Shown piece by piece: positions 53,748-61,548 of a DNA stretch of 64,000 bases. The translations under genes were made by a program, and so were the position numbers. Where the stretch lies: positions 5,079-69,078 of the forward strand of contig CAVYXT010000017.1 in NCBI GenBank assembly GCA_963772625.1. Reading direction: 5' to 3'. The notes under the pieces were generated by a model. That model made no database searches. It was given only the letters and a program-made list of their open reading frames with translations, and was not told the DNA's origin. Each line of letters starts with the position of its first letter. The stretch's first letter is position 1. This DNA comes from an uncultured Actinomycetota bacterium (GTDB lineage: Bacteria; Actinomycetota; Actinomycetes; Actinomycetales; Microbacteriaceae).

Positions 53748-54095
53748 TCAGTTGTCGCGCTTCTCCTTGATCTTGGCCTTCTTGCCACGGAGGTTGCGCA
53801 GGTAGTAGAGCTTCGCGCGGCGGACATCACCGCGGGTGACGACCTCGATGTGGTCGATCACCGGGCTGTGCACTGGGAACGTGCGCTCCACGCCGACCTG
53901 GAAGCTGATCTTGCGAACCGTGAAGGTCTCACGCACGCCGTCTCCCGAGCGGCCGATGACGACGCCCTGGAAGACCTGGATACGGGAGCGGTTGCCCTCG
54001 GTGATGTTGACGTGCACCTTCACGGTGTCACCGGCGCCGAAGGCGGGGATGTCGGAACGAAGCGAGGCCGCGTCGACGGAGTCGAGGATCTGCAT
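53748..54095 (-). CDS. rplS: 50S ribosomal protein L19
   Basis: [25 protein letters not shown]...GVERTFP and RRAKLYYLR motifs. Confidence 0.98.
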   Translation of the reverse strand: MQILDSVDAASLRSDIPAFGAGDTVKVHVNITEGNRSRIQVFQGVVIGRSGDGVRETFTVRKISFQVGVERTFPVHSPVIDHIEVVTRGDVRRAKLYYLRNLRGKKAKIKEKRDN

Positions 54096-54257
54096 GATCA
54101 ATGCTCTCTGCGGCCGCCACAGGTCGACCGCGGTACTAGGAGGAAAAGAAGTGTGCGTCGAAGGCTGTCGACGGAGTCTGACGGCCGGCTCCCCTGAGGC
54201 AGAGCCTTTGACACAAGGATCCATTCTGCCATGGATGCCTCGGCCCGCCAAAACGGC

Positions 54258-54746
54258 TCAGACGGTCGGGGGCTTCTCCGTGATCACGATGACGTCCCGC
54301 TCGGACGGCGCCTGCCGGGGCGCCTGAGCCGGGATGTAGCCGATTCCCGCCGGGGTGCGCAGCAGGATGTGCGACGGCTTCGCCTCACGCCACAGCTGCG
54401 CGAGTTCGAGCCAGAACAGGCCGAGCCCGGCGATCACCGTGAGCACCATGACCGGGACCCACCAGGCCTGATCGAAGAACCCCAGCGCGATCGTCAGGCA
54501 GTGCCAGACGGTGAACCCCAGCACGTCCCACCAGGACACCGCGCGCTCTGCGCGGACCGTTCCGCGCGCCCGGACCAGCAGCGTGAGCACGAGCTGCCCG
54601 ATGAAGACCGAAGGGATCGCGATGAACAGGACCCACAGGAATGCCCAGCCACCCGCGTTGAAGATCCCCCAGCCGACGAGCAGCCACAGGGGAAGCAGGA
54701 ACGCGGCCGGGATCAACCAGCCGAAGAAGGCGCGACGTACCCACAT
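54258..54746 (-). CDS. Hypothetical integral membrane protein
   Basis: 162 aa with about 4 TM segments. TAGCAT lies 6 nt before the ATG. Confidence 0.75.
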   Translation of the reverse strand: MWVRRAFFGWLIPAAFLLPLWLLVGWGIFNAGGWAFLWVLFIAIPSVFIGQLVLTLLVRARGTVRAERAVSWWDVLGFTVWHCLTIALGFFDQAWWVPVMVLTVIAGLGLFWLELAQLWREAKPSHILLRTPAGIGYIPAQAPRQAPSERDVIVITEKPPTV

Positions 54747-54854
54747 GGCTCGATGCTACGCCGGTCCCCCGCGGATGGGGTGGTGTCGACACGGAGCACG
54801 AAGCATCCTCCCAGCCACGGCATCCGACAGAATGGTTCCGACGGAAGGAACCCG

Positions 54855-55637
54855 ATGATCGAGCTGCGCACGCCCGCCGAGATCGAGGCGATGCGGCCCG
54901 CGGGCCGGTTCGTGGCCGAGGTGCTGGCCACCCTGCGCGACGAGACGGCTGTGGGCACCAACCTGCTGGCCATCGACCGTCGCGCGCACGATCTGATCCG
55001 GCGCGCCGGCGCCGAATCGTGCTACATCGACTACCACCCCTCATTCGGCGCGCGGCCGTTCGGCAAGGTCATCTGCACGTCGGTCAACGATGCGGTGCTG
55101 CACGGGCTCCCCTTCGACTACGCGCTGCAGGACGGCGACCTCGTGTCGCTCGACTTCGCGGTGGCGGTGGACGGGTGGGTCGCCGACTCCGCCGTCTCGT
55201 TCGTGGTCGGCACAGCCCGCGACGAGGACCTCGCGATCATCGACACGACCGAACGGGCGTTGGATGCCGCGATCGGCGCCGCGGTCGTGGGTCAGCGGAT
55301 CGGCGACATCTCGCACGCGATCGCGGAGGTCGCACACGCGGACGGCTACGACATCAACACCGACTTCGGCGGTCACGGCGTCGGGCGGATCATGCACGGC
55401 GACCCCCACGTGCCCAACGACGGCAAGGCCGGGCGCGGCTACCCGCTGCGCGCCGGCCTGGTGGTGGCCCTCGAGCCGTGGTTCCTGGAGACCACCGACG
55501 AGCTGATCACCGACCCGGACGGGTGGACGCTGCGAAGCGCCGACGGATCGCGCGGCGCGCACTCCGAGCACACCGTCGCGATCACCCCCGACGGCCCGAT
55601 CGTGCTGACGGATCGGTCGTGGCTCGGCGTCAGCTGA
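54855..55637 (+). CDS. map: Methionine aminopeptidase (type I)
   Basis: CTSVND..LHG, GDLVSLD, DSA, GHGVG...H and EP...HSEHT metal ligands. Confidence 0.93.
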   Translation: MIELRTPAEIEAMRPAGRFVAEVLATLRDETAVGTNLLAIDRRAHDLIRRAGAESCYIDYHPSFGARPFGKVICTSVNDAVLHGLPFDYALQDGDLVSLDFAVAVDGWVADSAVSFVVGTARDEDLAIIDTTERALDAAIGAAVVGQRIGDISHAIAEVAHADGYDINTDFGGHGVGRIMHGDPHVPNDGKAGRGYPLRAGLVVALEPWFLETTDELITDPDGWTLRSADGSRGAHSEHTVAITPDGPIVLTDRSWLGVS

Positions 55638-56001
55638 TCGCGAGGAAGAAGCTCAGCACCGTGAGGACGATGGTGACCGGCACCATCACGTAGCGCTCCG
55701 GCTTGCTGCGCGAGATCGCGTTCAGGAAGATCCCCAGGGCGAAGTAGGCGAAGACGACCCACATCGCCACGATCGAGAACAGCTCGGGGAACACGTCGAT
55801 CGCACCTGTGCGATCCCACGCGATCAGCGCGATGAGCGCGTAGATCAGGATCGCGACGACACTTCCGATGCGCAGGCGAGCCGGGAGCACCCGGTGCTGT
55901 CCACCCCACGCGAACCGGCCGATCGGGGCGCCGAGGGCGAGCGCCAGCTGGAATATCGCCAGGGCGGCGAGCAGAACGGTGAGGGCGAGAGCGAGAAGCA
56001 C
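55630..56001 (-). CDS. Hypothetical membrane protein
   Basis: 123 aa, 4 TM segments, LALGAPIGRFAWGG motif. TACGCT lies 6 nt before the GTG. Confidence 0.75.
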   Translation of the reverse strand: MLLALALTVLLAALAIFQLALALGAPIGRFAWGGQHRVLPARLRIGSVVAILIYALIALIAWDRTGAIDVFPELFSIVAMWVVFAYFALGIFLNAISRSKPERYVMVPVTIVLTVLSFFLAIS

Positions 56002-56027
56002 GGACGAAGCGTAGCGGTCCGCAGAAC

Positions 56028-56055
56028 CTCACAAGTGGACGGCATCCCCCGTGAG
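56028..56055. promoter_or_regulatory. NnaR-type operator CTCACA-N16-CGTGAG upstream of narK
   Basis: Inverted repeat with the same spacing as the site at 61277; -10 TAGCTT at 56110. Confidence 0.7.
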
Positions 56056-56160
56056 ATCGGTGAGACGCAGAGTTCACACGGGGAACGACCCCGCGAAATG
56101 CGGCCTCCGTAGCTTCGGACTCACAGGCTCCACCTCGCTGCGAATCTCCGGGAGATCACG

Positions 56161-57585
56161 ATGACCGAAGCGACCCTCACCGATGCAGGGGCGAACGCCG
56201 CGCCCGACACGACTCTCACGTCTCCACCGGCGGCCTCGTCCACCGGCCTCGTCCACCGCCGCGGACGCTGGATCGATGGCTGGGATCCTGAAGATCTCGC
56301 CCAGTGGGAGGGTCCCGGCAAGGCGATCGCGAAGCGCAACCTGGTCTGGTCGATCTTCGCCGAGTTCCTCGGATTCGTGGTCTGGCAGCTGTGGAGCATC
56401 GTCGCCGTCCTCCTGCCGACGGCCGGTTTCAGCCTGGACAGCAGCCAGATCTTCTGGCTCATCTCGATCCCGAGCCTGGTCGGCGCGACCCTGCGCATCC
56501 CCTACTCCTTCCTGGTGCCGATCTTCGGCGGCCGCAACTGGACGATCATCTCCGCAGGCCTGCTGCTGATCCCCGCCGTCGCGATGGCGATCTGCGTCGG
56601 CAACCCCGAGACGCCGTTCCCGGTGCTGCTTCTGGTCGCGGCGCTCGCCGGCTTCGGTGGCGGCAACTTCGCCAGCTCGATGTCCAACATCACGTACTTC
56701 TATCCGCAGCGCGAGAAGGGCTGGGCGCTGGGCCTCAACGCCGCCGGCGGCAACCTCGGCGCATCGGTCGCGCAGTTCGTCGTTCCGATCGTCGTGACGA
56801 TCGGCGCCGGGGTCGCGGTCAATCTGCCTCTCGCCGGGTGGATCTGGGTGCCGCTCATCCTGGCGGCGATGATCGGCGCCGCGCTGCGGATGAACAACCT
56901 GTCCTCGGCGAAGGCCGACTTCACCGGATCGGCCGCTGCGCTCCGCGAGCCGCACCTGTGGATCCTGGCGCTGCTCTACATCGGCACGTTCGGCTCGTTC
57001 ATCGGCTTCGCGAGCGTGTTCCCGAAGCTCATCGCCGACCAGTTCCCGGCGTTCTCGAGCATCGCGGTGGGAACGGCAGCCGTCTCGCTGGCCTTCCTGG
57101 GTGCTCTGGTGGGATCCCTCGCCCGCCCTCTCGGCGGCCGTCTGGCAGACCGCTTCGGCGGTGCGCGCGTAACGATCGGAGTCTTCGCAGCGATGGCCAT
57201 CATGACCCTGGCGGTCATGATGGTGATCCCGACCGGTCAGTTCTGGCTCTTCCTGGGATGCTTCCTGCTGCTGTTCGCTGCGGCGGGGGCAGGCAACGGC
57301 TCGACGTACCGGATGGTCCCGGTCGTGTTCGCCCTCCGCGGCAACGGCGACGCGGCGACGGGCGGGGACGTGTCATCCAAGCGCAAGGCCGCGGCCGCGC
57401 TCGGACTCATCTCGGCGATCGGCGCCTACGGCGGCTTCTTGATCCCGCAGGCCCTCAACCTGTCGAAGCTCGGCACCGGCAGCTACACCGGAGCGTTCTT
57501 CGTCTTCGTCCTCGCGTACGTCGCGCTGCTGGTCCTGACCGCGCTCGTGTACGGCCGCAAGCGCAGCGACGGATTCCGGATCTGA
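56161..57585 (+). CDS. narK: Nitrate/nitrite MFS transporter (NarK/NasA)
   Basis: WDPED, GGGNFASSM...AGGNLG (nitrate signature), YIGTFGSFIG and GNGSTY motifs. Confidence 0.92.
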   Translation: MTEATLTDAGANAAPDTTLTSPPAASSTGLVHRRGRWIDGWDPEDLAQWEGPGKAIAKRNLVWSIFAEFLGFVVWQLWSIVAVLLPTAGFSLDSSQIFWLISIPSLVGATLRIPYSFLVPIFGGRNWTIISAGLLLIPAVAMAICVGNPETPFPVLLLVAALAGFGGGNFASSMSNITYFYPQREKGWALGLNAAGGNLGASVAQFVVPIVVTIGAGVAVNLPLAGWIWVPLILAAMIGAALRMNNLSSAKADFTGSAAALREPHLWILALLYIGTFGSFIGFASVFPKLIADQFPAFSSIAVGTAAVSLAFLGALVGSLARPLGGRLADRFGGARVTIGVFAAMAIMTLAVMMVIPTGQFWLFLGCFLLLFAAAGAGNGSTYRMVPVVFALRGNGDAATGGDVSSKRKAAAALGLISAIGAYGGFLIPQALNLSKLGTGSYTGAFFVFVLAYVALLVLTALVYGRKRSDGFRI

Positions 57586-57590
57586 CACCC

Positions 57591-59714
57591 ATGACCGACA
57601 CGACCACCGGCGTCGCAACCGACACCCACTGCCCCTACTGCGCGCTCCAGTGCGCGATGACGCTGACGCGGGCGGATGGGGCTTCGGAGGGCTCGGCTCC
57701 GGTGGTCGTCTCGGGACGCGACTTCCCCACCAACCGCGGCGGACTGTGCAAGAAGGGGTGGACCTCGGCGGAACTCCTGCGCGCACCCGGCCGGCTGACC
57801 GCCCCGCTCGTCCGCGGTGACGACGGGCAGCTGCACGAGACGGGGTGGGATGTCGTGCTCGATCTCATCGCCACGCGCCTTCTCGCGACCCGCGCCGAGC
57901 ACGGCGCCGACGCGGTGGCGGTCTTCGGGGGCGGCGGGCTCACGAACGAGAAGGCCTACCAGCTGGGCAAGTTCGCCCGCCTGGCCCTCGGCACGAGCCG
58001 CATCGACTACAACGGCCGATTCTGCATGTCGTCGGCGGCCGCCGCCGGCAACCGGGCGTTCGGCATCGATCGCGGCCTCCCGTTCCCTCTGACCGACCTG
58101 GATGCCGCCTCGACCGTGCTCCTCCTGGGCACCAACGTGGCCGCGACGATGCCCCCGTTCATCGGGCACCTCACCGGTGCTCAGGATGCCGGTGGCCTGA
58201 TCGTCGTCGATCCGCGCCGGACGGCGACCGCGCGGCTGACCGACGAGGGCCGGGGCATCCACCTGCAGCCCACCCCCGGCACGGACCTCGCCCTGCTCCT
58301 CGGTCTGACGCACATCGTGCTCGCCGAAGGACTGGCTGATGCCGCCTACCTCGCCGACCGCACCGAGGGCTCCGACGCCCTGCGCCGCAGCGTGGCGGGC
58401 TGGTGGCCCGAGCGCGTCGCGTCGGTCACCGGCGTGCCGGCCGCGACGCAGCGCACGGTCGCCCGTCGCCTCGCCGCGGGAAACGGGGTCTACATCCTCA
58501 CCGGCCGTGGCGTCGAGCAGCACGTCGACGGCACCGATACGGCGACCGCGGCCATCAACCTGGCGCTCGCCCTCGGGCTGCCCGGACGGCAGGACTCGGG
58601 CTATGGCACGCTGACGGGGCAGGGCAACGGGCAGGGCGGCCGGGAGCACGGGCAGAAGTGCGATCAGCTGCCCGGCTACCGCAAGATCACCGATCCGGCG
58701 GCGCGTGCGCACGTTGCGGCCGTCTGGGGCGTCGACCCGTCCATCATCCCCGGCCCCGGCATCCCGGCCGTAGAGCTGCTGCAGTCGCTCGGCACGCCGG
58801 GCGGACCGCGGGCCCTGCTCGTCCACGGGTCGAACGTTGTGGTGTCCGCACCGAACGCATCCCACGTCCGAGCCGGGCTGGAGCGGCTCGACCTGCTCGT
58901 CGTGTCGGACTTCTTCCTCTCCGAGACAGCCGCGCTCGCCGATGTCGTCCTTCCGGTCCCCCAGTGGGCCGAGGAGGAGGGCACGATGACGAACCTCGAA
59001 GGGCGCGTTCTCCGCCGCCGCCGCGCGCTTGCCGCGCCGGACGGCGTGCGCGACGAGCTGTGGATCCTGGCAGAGCTCGCCCGCCGGCTCGACGCGCCGG
59101 GACGCTACCCGGTCGACGCGCGCGAGGTGTTCGACGAGCTGCGCCGCGCGTCGGCCGGCGGGATCGCAGACTACTCCGGCATCGACGACGCCCTGTTGGA
59201 TGCCGGTGCCCCGGTGCACTGGCCGTGCCCCGTCGGCTCGCTCGGCACACCCCGCCTGTTCGCCGACTCATTCGGCCACCCGGACGGACGGGCGCGCATC
59301 GTCATAGTCTCGCCCGCCGACCACGACGAGCGCGTACCCGCACCCGGAGAGCTGACGCTGATCACCGGTCGACTGCTCGAGCACTACCAGAGCGGCGCGC
59401 AGACGCGACGGGTCCCGGAGCTGGCGAACGCCCAGCCGGAGCTGCGCGCGACGCTGCACCCCGCCGCCGCCGAGCGATACGGGATCGCCGATGGCGACCC
59501 GGTGGAGCTCTCCAATGCTCGTGGAACCGTCCGCGCGACCGCGCTGCTGTCCGGCGACGTGCGGCCCGGCGACGTCTTCGTCCCCTTCCACTTCGCCGGC
59601 GACGGCACCGCGAACCTGCTGACCTCCGACGCGGTGGACCCCGTGTCGGCCATGCCCGAGTTCAAGACCGGCGCAGTCCGCGTGCGCCGGGTCGAGGAGG
59701 CGATCGTCGCATGA
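57591..59714 (+). CDS. Assimilatory nitrate reductase catalytic subunit (molybdopterin oxidoreductase, NasC-like)
   Basis: THCPYCALQC...GGLCKKG [4Fe-4S], DYNGRFCMSSA, GQGNGQGGREHG and TGR...HYQSGAQTRR motifs. Confidence 0.93.
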   Translation: MTDTTTGVATDTHCPYCALQCAMTLTRADGASEGSAPVVVSGRDFPTNRGGLCKKGWTSAELLRAPGRLTAPLVRGDDGQLHETGWDVVLDLIATRLLATRAEHGADAVAVFGGGGLTNEKAYQLGKFARLALGTSRIDYNGRFCMSSAAAAGNRAFGIDRGLPFPLTDLDAASTVLLLGTNVAATMPPFIGHLTGAQDAGGLIVVDPRRTATARLTDEGRGIHLQPTPGTDLALLLGLTHIVLAEGLADAAYLADRTEGSDALRRSVAGWWPERVASVTGVPAATQRTVARRLAAGNGVYILTGRGVEQHVDGTDTATAAINLALALGLPGRQDSGYGTLTGQGNGQGGREHGQKCDQLPGYRKITDPAARAHVAAVWGVDPSIIPGPGIPAVELLQSLGTPGGPRALLVHGSNVVVSAPNASHVRAGLERLDLLVVSDFFLSETAALADVVLPVPQWAEEEGTMTNLEGRVLRRRRALAAPDGVRDELWILAELARRLDAPGRYPVDAREVFDELRRASAGGIADYSGIDDALLDAGAPVHWPCPVGSLGTPRLFADSFGHPDGRARIVIVSPADHDERVPAPGELTLITGRLLEHYQSGAQTRRVPELANAQPELRATLHPAAAERYGIADGDPVELSNARGTVRATALLSGDVRPGDVFVPFHFAGDGTANLLTSDAVDPVSAMPEFKTGAVRVRRVEEAIVA

Positions 59715-61273
59715 CCCTGACCCCCGGCCCGCTCCGCGTACTCGTCGTCGGTTACGGCCCCGTCGGTGCGCGCTTCGCCGAGAATCTTCTTCCCGCCGTG
59801 CAGAACGGGCGGATCGCGCTGACCGTCGTCGGTGCGGAGCAGAGTGACGCGTACAACCGCGTGCTCGTCGCCGAATACGCCGTGGGTGCGGTGCAGCGCG
59901 AGTCGCTCACGATCGCCGACCGCGACGGCGTCGAGGCGGCGGGCGCGCGGATCCTCACCGGAGTCGCCGTGAGCGAGATCGATCGCGAAGGGCGGCTCGC
60001 CGTCCTGAGCGACGGTGAACGCATCGGATACGACCGGATCGTGCTCGCCACCGGCTCTCGAGCCAACGTCCCCACGCTGGACGGCGTACCCCGCACACCG
60101 GGGCACCGCCGCGCTGCGGGACGGGACGACGTCCTTCCGCGCGGCGTGACCACCCTGCGCGATGTCGAGGACGCGGACCGCATCCGGCACGCCGTGGCCG
60201 AAGGCCAGCGGATCGTGGTGCTCGGCGCAGGCGTCCTCGGTCTCGAATTCGCCCTCGCCGCGGCTCACGCCGGCGCCTCCGTCGCCGTGGTCCACCACGG
60301 GCCCCACCCGATGCCGCGCAATCTCGACCGCGGAGCGGGTTCCGTGCTGCGCCGGGCGGTCCACCGGACCGGAGTGTCGATCTTCGCCCACAGCCGCGCC
60401 GAGACGGTGCTGTTCCATACCGACGACGACGGACGTCCCAGGTTCGACCGCCTGCTGACCGCCGACGGCAAGGACATCGCCGGAGACCTCCTGGTGCTCT
60501 CGTGCGGAGTCTCGCCGCGCGATGAGCTCGCCGAGAGATCCGGGCTTCACGCGTCGTTCGGCATCGTCGTCGACCCGAGCCTGCGCAGCTTCATCGACCC
60601 GGCCGTCTTCGCCCTCGGCGACTGCGCCCACATCGCCGATCCCGCCGTGGTCGAGGCAGGCGGCCGCCTGACCGGAGCGCCGAGCGGACTCATCGGGCCC
60701 GGCTGGCGTCAGGCCGACTGGCTCGCCGCCCGCTTCATCGACGGCCTCGAGGACGTCGAGGCCGCCCTGCCCGCCGAGCGCGAGCCGTTGGTCATGCTCA
60801 AGGCCGAGCACGTCGACGTGGTGGCCGCGGGCGACGTCTCCGCCGACCCCTGGGACGACGACGTGCAGGGCAGGCACGTCTCGCAATGGGCGGATCCCGA
60901 GCACGGCCGGTACGCGAAGATGGTCTCCTCCGACGGCATCCTCACCGGATTCGTCTGCGTCGGGATGCCGCGAACCGCCGCCGAGCTGACCCTCCTCTAC
61001 GAGCGCGGCGACGAGCTGCCCGCCGACCGCTCGCTCCTGCTGCGCTTCGACGGTCCGGACTTCGACCCGACCGCCGCCGGGGCCGCGCTCTCGCCCAACG
61101 CGACCGTGTGCTGGTGCAACGGTGTCAGCGTGGGGCAGATCGACGATTCGATCACCGCCGGCAACACCACGGTCGACTGCGTCGGGCGCGACACCCGCGC
61201 GGGCACGGGCTGCGGCGGGTGTCGCACCCGCATCGCCGACATGCTTGCGCGCCATGCGGTGGAGCCCGTGTGA
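59711..61273 (+). CDS. FAD/NAD(P)H oxidoreductase with C-terminal BFD-like [2Fe-2S] domain (NasB-like electron transfer subunit)
   Basis: VVGYGPVG, YNRVL, LATGS, VVLGAGVLGLE and C-terminal VCWCNGV...AGTGCGGC motifs. Confidence 0.88.
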   Translation: MTLTPGPLRVLVVGYGPVGARFAENLLPAVQNGRIALTVVGAEQSDAYNRVLVAEYAVGAVQRESLTIADRDGVEAAGARILTGVAVSEIDREGRLAVLSDGERIGYDRIVLATGSRANVPTLDGVPRTPGHRRAAGRDDVLPRGVTTLRDVEDADRIRHAVAEGQRIVVLGAGVLGLEFALAAAHAGASVAVVHHGPHPMPRNLDRGAGSVLRRAVHRTGVSIFAHSRAETVLFHTDDDGRPRFDRLLTADGKDIAGDLLVLSCGVSPRDELAERSGLHASFGIVVDPSLRSFIDPAVFALGDCAHIADPAVVEAGGRLTGAPSGLIGPGWRQADWLAARFIDGLEDVEAALPAEREPLVMLKAEHVDVVAAGDVSADPWDDDVQGRHVSQWADPEHGRYAKMVSSDGILTGFVCVGMPRTAAELTLLYERGDELPADRSLLLRFDGPDFDPTAAGAALSPNATVCWCNGVSVGQIDDSITAGNTTVDCVGRDTRAGTGCGGCRTRIADMLARHAVEPV

Positions 61274-61276
61274 GAT

Positions 61277-61304
61277 CTCACAACCGCGGCGACCGCGCGG
61301 TGAG
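61277..61304. promoter_or_regulatory. NnaR-type operator CTCACA-N16-GGTGAG upstream of nirB
   Basis: Same motif and spacing as at narK; -10 TAGCGT at 61360. Confidence 0.7.
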
Positions 61305-61488
61305 AGAAACGTTGCGTCGCGGTAATCACTGCAGCACGGCCGCGGAAACCTCTGCCGCATAGCGTCGGGAGCAGTTCCCGCACCACGGCTCCGCCCCAAC
61401 GCACCACCCGCATCACCTGCGCACACCGCCCGCGACGACAGGAGATCCCGTGCCTCGCACTTCGAAACGAACGGATGCCGCGGCATCC

Positions 61489-61542
61489 GTCGCCACGGCG
61501 AAACAGAACGCACACGCGCGCGCAACACGCGCCGGATATGTT
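61489..61542 (+). promoter_or_regulatory. GlnR-like box array GTCGC-N6-GAAAC-N6-CACAC-N6-GCAAC plus -10 TATGTT
   Basis: 11-nt periodic xxxAC repeats resembling gTnAc-N6-GaAAc; -10 lies 6 nt before ATG 61549. Confidence 0.6.
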
Positions 61543-61548
61543 GCCGAC

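Noticed and set aside
61269-61282. Palindrome TGTGAGATCTCACA as a CRP/GlxR site
   Set aside because: The spacer is 4 nt, not 6. Its right half is better explained as the left arm of the NnaR-type site.
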